A stretch of DNA of 64,000 nt, taken from assembly GCA_964291625.2 (NCBI GenBank), contig OZ220090.1, forward strand, positions 960,001-1,024,000, in the 5' to 3' direction. The DNA is from Candidatus Latescibacterota bacterium. GTDB taxonomy: Bacteria > Latescibacterota > UBA2968 > UBA8231. This document shows positions 48,451-58,018 of the stretch, one piece after another; positions within the stretch are counted from its first letter, which is position 1, and each line of letters starts with the position of its first letter. The notes under the pieces were generated by a model. It had not been told where the DNA came from and ran no database searches. It worked only from the letters and a program-made list of their open reading frames with translations. The translations under genes and the position numbers were made by a program.

Positions 48451-49593
48451 ATGAAACTCGAAGTCGTGGAACTGACGAGAGAGCTCGTAAGCTACAGATC
48501 CGAGAGCCGCCTGAGCAACGTCGCCGTCACCGAACGGGTCGCCGCGATTCTGGAGTCGCTCGAGTTCGAAGTGGAGCGGATCGCCTACACCGACGACCGG
48601 GGCGTGGACAAGCTCTGCGTCGTCGGCCGCCTGGGGAAGGGCGGCGGCGGGCTGACGCTGATGAGCCACGACGACGTGGTGCCCGCGGCCCTCGAGGACG
48701 GCTGGAAGCAGGACCCCTACAAGGCCCGCGTCGCCGGGGGCAAGCTCCACGGCCGCGGCGCCTGCGACATGAAGGGCCCCCTGGCGGCCTCGATCTGCGC
48801 CGCCGCGAAGTTCCGCGCCCGCGACCTGAAGCAGCCCCTGTTCATCGTGGTCACCGCCGACGAGGAGGTGCAGGCCCGCGGCGCCCGGGAGGTGACCCGC
48901 AAGTCGAAGCTCTTCGACGAGGCCAGCTCCGGGTACGGCGTGATCTGCGAGCCCACCCTGCTGCGCGTGGTATACGCCCACAAGGGCTCCATGGCGATCC
49001 GCGCCACCGCCAGGGGCCGCGCCGCCCACACCAGCACTCTGAAGGGGGTCAACGCCAACCTCGCCATGATCCCCTTCCTGGTGGAGATGAGGAAGATCAA
49101 CGACCTCGTGCTCTCCTCGAATCGCTACCGCAACGACGAGTTCTCGCCGCCCCACTCGGAGTGGAGCATCGGCATCAACGACGGCAACGTGGCGACCAAC
49201 ATCTCGCCGGTGCGCAGCGTCTGCACCGTGAGCTACCGCCTCATGCCCGGCATCGACCCGACGCGGCTGCTGGAGCGCACGAAAGCCAAGGCCGAGGAGT
49301 GCGGCCTGAAGGTGGAGGTCAGGTTCCCGGGCGAGCCCGTCTACACCCCGCCCGACGCCCCCATCGTGCGCACCGCCCTGCGCCTGAGCGGCACCCGCAA
49401 GCCGACGACCGTGGCCTACGGCACGGACGGCCTCGCCTTCCGCGAGAAGATGCGGGACCTGGTCGTGCTCGGACCCGGCAACATCGCCCAGGCCCACACC
49501 GTGGACGAGTGGGTGCGGCTCGATCAGCTGCGCAAGGGGGTCGACCTGTACGAGCGCTTCATCGACCACGTCTGCGTACGCGGAGAGAGCTGA
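48451..49593 (+). CDS. Acetylornithine deacetylase-like M20 amidohydrolase
   Basis: SHDDVVP, GRGACDMKG, TADEE, CEPT, AHKG, AHTVDE. Confidence 0.88.
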   Translation: MKLEVVELTRELVSYRSESRLSNVAVTERVAAILESLEFEVERIAYTDDRGVDKLCVVGRLGKGGGGLTLMSHDDVVPAALEDGWKQDPYKARVAGGKLHGRGACDMKGPLAASICAAAKFRARDLKQPLFIVVTADEEVQARGAREVTRKSKLFDEASSGYGVICEPTLLRVVYAHKGSMAIRATARGRAAHTSTLKGVNANLAMIPFLVEMRKINDLVLSSNRYRNDEFSPPHSEWSIGINDGNVATNISPVRSVCTVSYRLMPGIDPTRLLERTKAKAEECGLKVEVRFPGEPVYTPPDAPIVRTALRLSGTRKPTTVAYGTDGLAFREKMRDLVVLGPGNIAQAHTVDEWVRLDQLRKGVDLYERFIDHVCVRGES

Positions 49594-49707
49594 GGGAGGG
49601 TCCGCCGGGAGAGGCGGCCCCGGAGTCCAGCCGCCCGCCGGCGGTCACGCCTCGGCGACCTGCACGGCGATCAGCGCCGCGCCCTTTCTCTGCAGGAGAA
49701 GACGCCA

Positions 49708-50919
49708 ATGGCGCTCTGCCACAATCCGCCGGTGAGAGTACGGCGTTCTGCGACGATGGCAGGGTTGCTGCTGGCCACTCTTGGCATGGCCTGTCAGGGC
49801 GGGCACGAGGCCCCCGAGCCAGGCGACCCCGGGTTTTCCGACGACCATGTCCTCTTCGGTCAGTCCGCCGCCTTCACCGGGCCGGCCCGGGAACTGGGCC
49901 AGGCGATGCGCCTGGGAATCGAGGCGGCCTTCCGCGAGGCCAACGAGGGCGGGGGCGTCCATGGCCGCGAGCTGAAGCTCAAGGCGCTGGATGACGGCTA
50001 CGAGACCGACTTCGCCGCTGCCAACACCCAACGGTTGATCGAAGATGAAGGGGTGTTCGCGCTGATCGGAGCGGTGGGCACGCCCACGTCCCGCGCCGCA
50101 TCACCGCTGGCCCAGGCGGCCGGGGTGCCCTTCCTGGCCCCGTTCACGGGGGCCGAGTTCCTGCGCGGCCCGGAGTTGGACCATGTCCTCAACCTCCGGG
50201 CCTCGTACTACCAGGAGACCGAGGAGATGGTGGCGCGGCTCACCGAGGACCTGGGGATCACCCGCGTGGCCGTCCTCTACCAGGATGATTCCTTCGGCCT
50301 GAACGGGCTGGAAGGCGCGCGACTGGCACTCGAGCGCCGGGGCCTGGAGCCGGCAGCGGCGGCCCACTACCCGCGCAACACCCGCGCCGTGAAGGGAGCC
50401 GCCCTCGAGATCACCGCGGCCAGGCCGGAAGCGGTGATCCTGATCGGCTCCTACATGCCGGTGGTCAAGACCATGGAGCTGGTGCGGCGGGAGCTGGACC
50501 CGGTCTTCATGACGGTCTCCTTCGTGGGGAGCAACGCCCTGGCGAAGGAGTTGGGGCCCGGAGGGGCCGGCGTGTACGTGACCCAGGTGGTTCCTCCCCC
50601 CGACGACGAGAGCATCCCCGTGGTGGCGCGCTACCACAGGGCCCTCTCCGGGTACGACCCCCGGGCGGAGCCCGGATTCGTCTCGCTGGAAGGCTACCTC
50701 GCCGGACGCCTGGCCGTGGCCGGTCTCGAGGCCTGCGGCCCCGACCTGAGTCGAGAGTGCCTTCTCCACGCGGTGCGAAATGCCGGCGCCATGGAGATCG
50801 ACGGCCTGCGGCTCCAATACGGGCCGGACGACAACCAGGGATCCGACGCCGTGTTCCTCACCGTGATCGGTACGGACGGCAGCTACCACGGAGTCGAGAG
50901 ACTCAGCGACCTGTACTAG
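49708..50919 (+). CDS. Leu/Ile/Val-type periplasmic binding protein (likely lipoprotein)
   Basis: LGMAC lipobox-like, GQSAAFTG, LDDGYE, GAVGTP, LRASY, SLEGYLAG. Confidence 0.85.
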   Translation: MALCHNPPVRVRRSATMAGLLLATLGMACQGGHEAPEPGDPGFSDDHVLFGQSAAFTGPARELGQAMRLGIEAAFREANEGGGVHGRELKLKALDDGYETDFAAANTQRLIEDEGVFALIGAVGTPTSRAASPLAQAAGVPFLAPFTGAEFLRGPELDHVLNLRASYYQETEEMVARLTEDLGITRVAVLYQDDSFGLNGLEGARLALERRGLEPAAAAHYPRNTRAVKGAALEITAARPEAVILIGSYMPVVKTMELVRRELDPVFMTVSFVGSNALAKELGPGGAGVYVTQVVPPPDDESIPVVARYHRALSGYDPRAEPGFVSLEGYLAGRLAVAGLEACGPDLSRECLLHAVRNAGAMEIDGLRLQYGPDDNQGSDAVFLTVIGTDGSYHGVERLSDLY

Positions 50920-50961
50920 AGACCCCCAATAACGGCACCTACGGAGAGCTTCAGGATATCC

Positions 50962-52707
50962 ATGGAAGGCTTCTCGCTCCAGGCGATCGTGGATCTGTTC
51001 AGATTCGCCGAGCATACCCATGAACTGCACCAGTCGCTGTTGACCCTCGGGATGCTCATCATCGTCGCCAAGCTGGCCGAGGGGGTCTTCCGCAGGCTGC
51101 GGCTGAACTCCATCATCGCCTATGCGGCGACGGGCATGCTCCTCGGGCCGGTCATGGAACTGACCGGCCTCTGGTGGATCGAGTCCACGCTGCACCTCGA
51201 GCTGGTCCTGGCACTGGGTGTGTTCATCTTCTTCTTCCTCATCGGTCTGGACGAAGTGGACATCTCCAGTTTCATGTCGTCCCTCAAGGGCCACTACTTC
51301 CTCGCCGCCGTGCTCTCCGTGACCGTGTCGCTGAGCATTTCGATGCTGGTCACCACCGATCTGGTCTTCGATTTCGGACTGCAACTGAACTTCACCGAGT
51401 CCCTGGCGCTGGCCGGCGTGCTGTCCATGACCAGTCTGGGCATCGTGGCCAAGGTGCTGACGGACGGCGGATACCTGAAGCAGCCGGTTGGACTGCAGAT
51501 CTTCACGGTGGTGATCATCGCCGAGTTGATCGCCCTGCTGCTGATCGGCTTCAGCATCGGCGAGCACGCCCACCAGGTCTCGCCCTTGGGCATACTGATC
51601 CTGCTGGGCAAGGTGGCCGGTTTCTCGGTGGTGACCTGGGTATTGTCGTCGCGGGTGCTGCCGCCGTTGGTGGCGCTGTTGCAGCGGGTGATCCAGGTGC
51701 CGCAGCTCTCCCTGGGTCTGCTGCTCGGTATGCTCTTCCTGACGGTGTTCGGCGCGGAGTTGGTGGGCCTCCACGGATCACTCGGCGCCCTGCTGTTCGG
51801 GGCGTCGCTGTCGGGCCTTCCCTACCAGGTGCAGCGGGAGATCATCCCGGGGATTCGCAGCGTCGCCGAGGGGTTCTTCGTGCCCCTCTTCTTCGCCTCC
51901 GCCGGACTGAGCTTCAGCTTCACCTTCGTGACCCTGCCGCTGGAAGCCATGGCGGGGCTGGCGCTGATCCCGTTGCTCGGCAACTTCACCGGCGCCTTCA
52001 TCGGCGCCTACGTCTCCCGCCTCGCCGTCCCCTACGCCGTGGCCACCGGCCTGATGGGCAAGGGAGTGGCCGAGATCGCCCTGTTGCTGGTCATGTGGGA
52101 TTCCGGAATCATCGACGAGGTGGTTTTCTCGTTCCTGGTGCTGGTCATGTTCTGCTACATCCTGTTCATGCCGGCGGTGATCAACTTCGCCGTGGGCCGG
52201 GCCAGCCACAGGACCGACCTGCCGGCGCAACTCGACGACATTCCGTTGGGAATCGTCCGCTTCGCCCTGGAAGACATCAGAGTCGATGACATCCTGGACC
52301 GCTCCCATCCGCATCCGGCGCCTTCGGTCACGGTCCGTGACTTCACGGAGCAGTGGATCGTTCCCCACCAGCCCGACTACGTCGTGGCCGACAAGGGAAC
52401 GCTGGTGGGGATCGTCTCCCTGGAGATGCTCCGCTACCTGCCCAAGGACGCCTGGGGCAAGACCCGGCTCGACGCCGTGGTGCGCGGCCAGACCCCGTTG
52501 GCCCGGCCCGACGAGCACGTGGAAGACGTGCTGCAGCGCATGTCGGAGAGCTCTCTCTCCGTCATGCCCGTCGTGGAAAGGGACTCGGAGAGGTTCCTGG
52601 GCGCGGTCACCAGCAACGACATCATCCAGCTCATGACCATGGACACGATGGACGAGAGCCGTTCGCCGCGCGGGCCGGTCTCGGCGCGGTCTCGACAGAA
52701 TCCCTGA
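50962..52707 (+). CDS. CPA2 cation:proton antiporter with C-terminal CBS pair
   Basis: About 12 TM helices, TSLGIVAKVL, FFVPLFF, GKGVAE; CBS motifs LVGIVS and FLGAVTSND. Confidence 0.88.
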   Translation: MEGFSLQAIVDLFRFAEHTHELHQSLLTLGMLIIVAKLAEGVFRRLRLNSIIAYAATGMLLGPVMELTGLWWIESTLHLELVLALGVFIFFFLIGLDEVDISSFMSSLKGHYFLAAVLSVTVSLSISMLVTTDLVFDFGLQLNFTESLALAGVLSMTSLGIVAKVLTDGGYLKQPVGLQIFTVVIIAELIALLLIGFSIGEHAHQVSPLGILILLGKVAGFSVVTWVLSSRVLPPLVALLQRVIQVPQLSLGLLLGMLFLTVFGAELVGLHGSLGALLFGASLSGLPYQVQREIIPGIRSVAEGFFVPLFFASAGLSFSFTFVTLPLEAMAGLALIPLLGNFTGAFIGAYVSRLAVPYAVATGLMGKGVAEIALLLVMWDSGIIDEVVFSFLVLVMFCYILFMPAVINFAVGRASHRTDLPAQLDDIPLGIVRFALEDIRVDDILDRSHPHPAPSVTVRDFTEQWIVPHQPDYVVADKGTLVGIVSLEMLRYLPKDAWGKTRLDAVVRGQTPLARPDEHVEDVLQRMSESSLSVMPVVERDSERFLGAVTSNDIIQLMTMDTMDESRSPRGPVSARSRQNP

Positions 52708-52892
52708 GGCGACCGCCTGCCCCGCCATGGCGGGGTGCTCACCAGCGCCGTCGCGGCCGCCAACGGCGCCCCATGGACGAGTGAGGTGTGGATCGATCCG
52801 CCGCGCCGGGGGGTCGACCTGTGCGAAACGCCTTGCCGGCGACGCCCGCTGCGCGCGGAGAGGGCTGAGGGAAGTCCCGCCGGAGAGGCGGG

Positions 52893-53915
52893 TCAGGAGC
52901 CCAGGCGGCCGGCGGCGGCCAGGACCTCGGCGATCTGGACGGCGTTGAGAGCGGCGCCCTTGCGCAGCTGATCGCCGCAGAGGAACATGCTCACGCTGGT
53001 GCCGTCGGGCCGCGACAGGTCCTGGCGGATGCGGCCCACGAGCACCTCGTCGCGGCCGCTGGCCTCCAGGGGCATGGGGAAGTGGTTGGCCTCGCGGTCG
53101 TCGACGAGAGCCACCCCCGGCGCCTCTTCCAGAATCCCCCGCACCTCCGCCTCGCTCACCGGCCCCTCGAACTCGACGGTCATCGCCTCGGAGTGGGCCC
53201 GCAGGATGGGGACGCGCACGCACGTGGGCGCCACCAGGATCGACTCCTCGTGGAACATCTTGCGCGTCTCCCGGATCATCTTCACCTCCTCCTCGCAGTA
53301 ACCGTCGGCGTCGATCTCGGTGTTGTGCGAGAACAGGTTGAAGGCGATGGGGTACGGCAGCTCGCGGGGCACGGCCGGCCGGTCGTGAAGCACGTCCCGC
53401 GTCTGCTCCACCAGCTCCTCCATGGCGGGGGCGCCGGCGCCGGAGATCGCCTGGTAGGTGGAGACGATCACGCGGCGCACCCGGTGGGCCCGGTGCAGGG
53501 GCCACAGGGGAACGACCATGATGATGGTGGAGCAGTTCGGGTTGGCGACGATGCCCCGGTGGGCGCCGAGGTCGCCGGGATTGACCTCGGGCACGACGAG
53601 AGGCACTTCCGGGTCCATGCGGAAGGCGGAGGTGTTGTCCACGACCACGGCGCCGGCCGCCACCGCCGCGGGCGCGTACCGCCGGCTGAGGCTGCCGCCG
53701 GCCGATGACAGCACCAGGTCGATGCCGGCGAAGGAGTTCTCCGTCAGCTCCTGCACCGTCAGGCTCTCGCCGCGGTAGTCGATCTGCCGGCCGGCGGAGC
53801 GGCTGGAGGCCAGCAGGCGCAGCTCCTTCACCGGGAAGTCGCGCTCGGCCAGGATCTCCAGCATCACCCGGCCCACGGCGCCGGTGGCGCCCATGACGGC
53901 GACGTCCCAGCTCAC
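52893..53915 (-). CDS. asd: Aspartate-semialdehyde dehydrogenase
   Basis: GATGAVG, VDNTSAFRM, ANPNCST, TYQAISGAG, CVRVP, DQLRKGAALNAVQ. Confidence 0.97.
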   Translation of the reverse strand: MSWDVAVMGATGAVGRVMLEILAERDFPVKELRLLASSRSAGRQIDYRGESLTVQELTENSFAGIDLVLSSAGGSLSRRYAPAAVAAGAVVVDNTSAFRMDPEVPLVVPEVNPGDLGAHRGIVANPNCSTIIMVVPLWPLHRAHRVRRVIVSTYQAISGAGAPAMEELVEQTRDVLHDRPAVPRELPYPIAFNLFSHNTEIDADGYCEEEVKMIRETRKMFHEESILVAPTCVRVPILRAHSEAMTVEFEGPVSEAEVRGILEEAPGVALVDDREANHFPMPLEASGRDEVLVGRIRQDLSRPDGTSVSMFLCGDQLRKGAALNAVQIAEVLAAAGRLGS

Positions 53916-55210
53916 AGGTCCTGCATCCGGATCAGGCGGGCGCCGCGGGTCACCATGGGCAGGGCGTCGATCGCCCCCACCGCCTGCTGCATGGCCCGCT
54001 CCCGCGCCTCGTGGGTGACGATCACGAGGGGCACGGCGCCGCCCTCGAGGTCGCGCTCCTTCTGCAGCACCGAGGCGATGCTGATGCCCTCCCGGGCGAG
54101 GATGCGGGCGATCTGCTCGAGGACGCCGGGGCGGTCCTCCACCAGCACCCGCAGGAAGTAGCGCATCTCCACGTCGCAGATGTCGGCGAAGCCCACGGCC
54201 TCCTCGCCGAGGATCATGTCCTCGATGGAGGTCGAGGCCTTCCGCCGGCGGCGCTCGGCCAGCTCCACGAGATCGGAGACCACGGCGCTCGCCGTGGGCA
54301 TGCGGCCGGCGCCGGCGCCGGAGAACACCTGGGTGCCCACGGCGCTGCCCACGACCTCGATGGCGTTGAACTCGTCCTGGATGTTGGCCAGCTGCGAGTC
54401 GGCGGGGACCATCACCGGGTGCACGCGGGCCTCCACGAGGCCGCCGTCGGCTTGCCGGGCGATGGCCAGGAGCTTGATGGCGAAGCCCAGCTCGCGGGCG
54501 AACTCGATGTCGCTGGCCTCGATGCCCTCGATCCCCTCGCAGTAGATGTCGGCCGGCGTGCCCCGCGTGTGGAAGGCGATGCGGCTGAGGATGGCGAGCT
54601 TGGCGGCGGCGTCGGCGCCGCTCACGTCGGCCGTCGGATCGGGCTCGGCGTACCCGGCGGCCTGGGCCTGGGCCAGGATCCCTGCATAGTCGCCCTCGCC
54701 GCGGGCCATGCGCGTGAGGATGTAGTTCGTGGTGCCGTTGAGGATGCCGTAGAGGCTCTCCACGTGGTTGGCCACCAGACCGTTGCGCAGGGAGCGGATG
54801 ATCGGGATGCCGCCGGCGACGCTGGCCTCGAAGAGCAGGTCCACGTCGCCCTCGGCGGCCAGGTCGAACAACTCGTCGCCGTGCCCGGCGATGACCGCCT
54901 TGTTGGCGGTGACCACGTGCTTGCCCGCCTGCAGGGCCTGGCGGATCCAGCCGAAGGCCCCCGGCGCCCCGGTCAGCTCGACCACCACCTGCACCGCCGG
55001 GTCGGAGATCACCCCCTCGGCGTCGCCGGTCACCACGCCCGGGGCGAGCTGCACGTCCCGGGGCTTGCCGGGGTCGCGCACGGCCACCCGCCGCACCTCG
55101 AAGCTGGCCTTGCGGCGGCGCACGGCCGCGGGCGCCTCGCGCAGGAGCTGCACGACGCCGGTGCCGACCGTGCCCAGGCCGATGAGGCCGATGCCGAGGG
55201 ATGCGCTCAT
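53912..55210 (-). CDS. hom: Homoserine dehydrogenase with ACT domain
   Basis: GLGTVG, VVTANK, FEASVAGGIP, GILNGTTNYIL, GYAEPDP, DRPGVL. Confidence 0.97.
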   Translation of the reverse strand: MSASLGIGLIGLGTVGTGVVQLLREAPAAVRRRKASFEVRRVAVRDPGKPRDVQLAPGVVTGDAEGVISDPAVQVVVELTGAPGAFGWIRQALQAGKHVVTANKAVIAGHGDELFDLAAEGDVDLLFEASVAGGIPIIRSLRNGLVANHVESLYGILNGTTNYILTRMARGEGDYAGILAQAQAAGYAEPDPTADVSGADAAAKLAILSRIAFHTRGTPADIYCEGIEGIEASDIEFARELGFAIKLLAIARQADGGLVEARVHPVMVPADSQLANIQDEFNAIEVVGSAVGTQVFSGAGAGRMPTASAVVSDLVELAERRRRKASTSIEDMILGEEAVGFADICDVEMRYFLRVLVEDRPGVLEQIARILAREGISIASVLQKERDLEGGAVPLVIVTHEARERAMQQAVGAIDALPMVTRGARLIRMQDL

Positions 55211-55553
55211 GGCCTGGCGGGGGCCCGCACCTCGGACGGGGCCCGGGGGCTCCGGGAGCCCGTCCGGACATCCGGGCCGGCGCCCGCGCCCGAAGGCCCT
55301 CGGCGGCGGCGCGGAGCGGAGCGGCCCTCGGGGCCGGTGGAGTGACACCTCTCGGCGGTCATCTGCGAATCGTTCGGCTCGGTGTGGGGGTTGCGGTCGG
55401 CCGCCCGACGAGGCGCGGTGCGGCAGAACGGCACAAGCGGTTCCAAGTTACCGGGGGCTCAGAATACCGTCAATCAGAGGCCGCCCCTGGGCGCAGGGCC
55501 CTTCGTTGCCGCCCCGGACGGCGGCGGGTAGGTTGATTCGGGAGGAGAGTCAA

Positions 55554-56510
55554 GTGAGAGGATTCCGCCGCATCGCCGTCGCCACTACGGCCGCAACCTA
55601 CCTGCTGATCGCGGTGGGGGGCTTCGTCCGCGCCGCCGGCGCCGGCCTCGGATGCCCCGACTGGCCGCGGTGCTTCGGGCGCTGGATCCCGCCCACCGAC
55701 GTGAGCCAGCTGCCGCCGGAGATCGACCCCGAGAGGTTCGACTTCGCCCTCGCCTGGATCGAGTACGTCAACCGCCTCCTGGGCGTCGTCGTGGGGCTGC
55801 TGATCGTGGCCGTAGCGGCCGCCGCCTGGCGCGTGCACCGCCGCCGGCCCGCCATCCTGCGGCCGGCCCTGGCGGTGGTCGCGCTCGTCGCCTTCCAGGG
55901 GTGGTTCGGCGGCCAGGTGGTGGCCCACGAGCTCGACCCGAGGCTGGTCACCGTCCACCTCTTCGTGGCCCTCGCCATCGTCGGCCTGCTCCTGCACCTG
56001 GTTGTGCAGGGCTTCGACGCCGAGGGCGGCCGCCTGCCGCGTCCCCCGGCCGGGGCCGCTCCCCTGTTCCGGGTCGCCCTGGTGGTCCTGGCGGCGGCGG
56101 TGGTGCAGGTGATGCTCGGCGCCTTCCTGCGCGGCGGCCTGGAGGGGGTGGTGGCTGCAGACCCGGACCTGGAGCGCTCCCGGCTTCTCGGCCGCGTCGG
56201 CGCGGCGGACGAGGTCCACAAGACCGGCGCCCTCGTCGTCGCCCTGCTGTGCGGCTGGCTGTTGTGGCAGGCCCAGGTCCGCCTGCCGGAGAGCCCCGGT
56301 CTGCGGCGGCTGCTGCAGGCGCCCGCCTGGCTCACCCTGGCGCAGATCGCCGCCGGCCTGGGCCTGACCTCCCTCGCCCTGCCCCCGGTCCTGCAGCTGG
56401 CGCACCTCGTCCTGGGGAGCCTGTTGTTCGGCTGTCTGGTGTTGTCCGTGCTGCTCCTGGCCCCGGCCCGTGGAAGCCCCCCGGGGCAGCCTGAGGCGGG
56501 TTCCCCTTGA
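55554..56510 (+). CDS. ctaA: Heme A synthase (COX15/CtaA)
   Basis: GAGLGCPDWPRCFG, EYVNR, conserved His residues in TM helices. Confidence 0.88.
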   Translation: MRGFRRIAVATTAATYLLIAVGGFVRAAGAGLGCPDWPRCFGRWIPPTDVSQLPPEIDPERFDFALAWIEYVNRLLGVVVGLLIVAVAAAAWRVHRRRPAILRPALAVVALVAFQGWFGGQVVAHELDPRLVTVHLFVALAIVGLLLHLVVQGFDAEGGRLPRPPAGAAPLFRVALVVLAAAVVQVMLGAFLRGGLEGVVAADPDLERSRLLGRVGAADEVHKTGALVVALLCGWLLWQAQVRLPESPGLRRLLQAPAWLTLAQIAAGLGLTSLALPPVLQLAHLVLGSLLFGCLVLSVLLLAPARGSPPGQPEAGSP

Positions 56511-57010
56511 GAGCAGCCCGCGGCATCCTGCCGATCCTGCTCGTATGGGGGGCAGGTGCCCAGGCTCAACTCGCCGCGCCCGACTCTGTCTGGAGCGACG
56601 AGGAGTGCTGGTCCATGGCCGCCGAGGAGCCGACGGATGCCCAGGGGGACTTCGTCTGTCTGTGCTGGACCACCGTCGAGGAGGCCGACTCGTATCGCGT
56701 CTGGCGGGAAGTCATGGTCACCCAGGGCCAGGACGAGGCCGGCAACATCGTGGAGCTGGACACGCCGAAGGTGGCCTGGGTGTCGTGGGGAAAGGTGGCT
56801 CGACCGGAGGACCAGGGGCCGGTCCTCTGCGCCAGGATAGCCAGCCTCGATGGTGAGCCCACCCGATGGGGCGTGTCCAGCGTCCGGGACGAAGAGGACT
56901 CGGAGCCGACGACGGCGGGCGACACGGAAACGGCCGTCCGGCGGACCGGCTGGGGTCAGGTCAAGGAACTCCTCAGAGCCGCAGCCGGCCGGGATTGGCG
57001 TAGACGTTGA
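56507..57010 (+). CDS. Hypothetical secreted protein with TAV..WGQVK tail
   Basis: Signal peptide ...GAQAQ, acidic beta-rich core, overlaps the ctaA stop. Confidence 0.65.
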   Translation: MRAARGILPILLVWGAGAQAQLAAPDSVWSDEECWSMAAEEPTDAQGDFVCLCWTTVEEADSYRVWREVMVTQGQDEAGNIVELDTPKVAWVSWGKVARPEDQGPVLCARIASLDGEPTRWGVSSVRDEEDSEPTTAGDTETAVRRTGWGQVKELLRAAAGRDWRRR

Positions 57011-57803
57011 ACCCCCGGCCGCGGACGAACCCCGCGAGGGTGACCCCGGCTTCGAGGGCCAGGTCGACGGCCAGGCTCGACGGGCCGGAGACCGAGGCGA
57101 TGAAGCCGATCCCCGCCAGACGCGCCTTCTGCACGATCTCGAAGCTGGTGCGGCCGCTGACCATGAGGATCGACGCCGGGGGCGGCCAGCGGCCGGCGGC
57201 GACGTAGTGGCCCACGAGCTTGTCCACGGCGTTGTGACGGCCCACGTCCTCGCGCAGGGCCAGCAGCTCGCCGGCGGGGTCGAAGAGGCCGGCGGCGTGG
57301 AGGGAGCCGGTGCGCTCGAACTGGTCCTGGGCGGTGCGCAGCCGGTCGGGCAGGCCGTGGAGGGTCTCGCCGGCCACCTCGAAGTCGGCCAGGTCCCGGC
57401 GGGCCTGGAGGCGGACCTGGTCGATGCTGGCCTTGCCGCAGACCCCGCAGCTGGAGGTGGCGTAGAAGTTGCGCTTTATCCCGGCGCCGTCGAAGGGGAC
57501 GCCGTCGGCGAGGCGCACGTCGACAACGTTGCGCTCGTTCGGCGGCGACGCCGAGGGGCAGTAGGAGAGGGTGCCGAGAGCGGCCGGCTCGGGGAGGATC
57601 GCCTCGGTGAGCAGGAACCCGGCCACCAGATCGAAGTCGTCGCCGGGGGTGCGCATGACCACGGCCACCGGCTCGTCGTCGATGCGGATCTCCAGGGGCT
57701 CCTCGACGGTCACCGCGTCCGGCTCCGGATCCGCGGCGGCGCCGTCGCGCACGACCACGCGCCGGCGCTCGGCCAGGCCCTGGGCGGACGAGGCCGGCTT
57801 CAC
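56973..57803 (-). CDS. fdhD: Formate dehydrogenase accessory sulfurtransferase FdhD
   Basis: VEEPLEI, MRTPG, SSCGVCG, TGSLHAA, EDVGRHNAVDKL. Confidence 0.95.
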   Translation of the reverse strand: MKPASSAQGLAERRRVVVRDGAAADPEPDAVTVEEPLEIRIDDEPVAVVMRTPGDDFDLVAGFLLTEAILPEPAALGTLSYCPSASPPNERNVVDVRLADGVPFDGAGIKRNFYATSSCGVCGKASIDQVRLQARRDLADFEVAGETLHGLPDRLRTAQDQFERTGSLHAAGLFDPAGELLALREDVGRHNAVDKLVGHYVAAGRWPPPASILMVSGRTSFEIVQKARLAGIGFIASVSGPSSLAVDLALEAGVTLAGFVRGRGFNVYANPGRLRL

Positions 57804-57810
57804 GCGGAAC

Positions 57811-57920
57811 GCCTCCGGCGAGGGGCGGTGAGGGTTTCCGCCTTCGACGGCGCAACCACCCGCGTCCGGACGGGAGGTGCCTCGGCGAGGTTGTCTGCTG
57901 GACCGGGGAAGGGATGCACG
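57811..57920 (+). promoter_or_regulatory. Candidate degenerate SAM-I-like riboswitch upstream of the methionine synthase gene
   Basis: Order GAGGG...GCC..GA..GCAACC[hairpin]GGTGC...GAT matches the SAM-I core, but the 5' ATC is absent (gcctc). Confidence 0.35.
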
Positions 57921-58018
57921 GGCTCAAGAAGCCAATCGGCGGGACGGGAGGTACGGGGCGAATCTACCTTGACCCCCGGCGCCCTGCAATCGCCCCGGCG
58001 GCGGACGGGAGGGGCTGA

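Noticed and set aside
55211-55553. Attenuator or riboswitch upstream of hom
   Set aside because: Only generic GC-rich hairpins; no Thr/Met-rich leader peptide or recognisable aptamer.
57804-58018. Moco riboswitch upstream of fdhD on the minus strand
   Set aside because: CCUCCCGU is present but the other conserved elements are not in the expected order.
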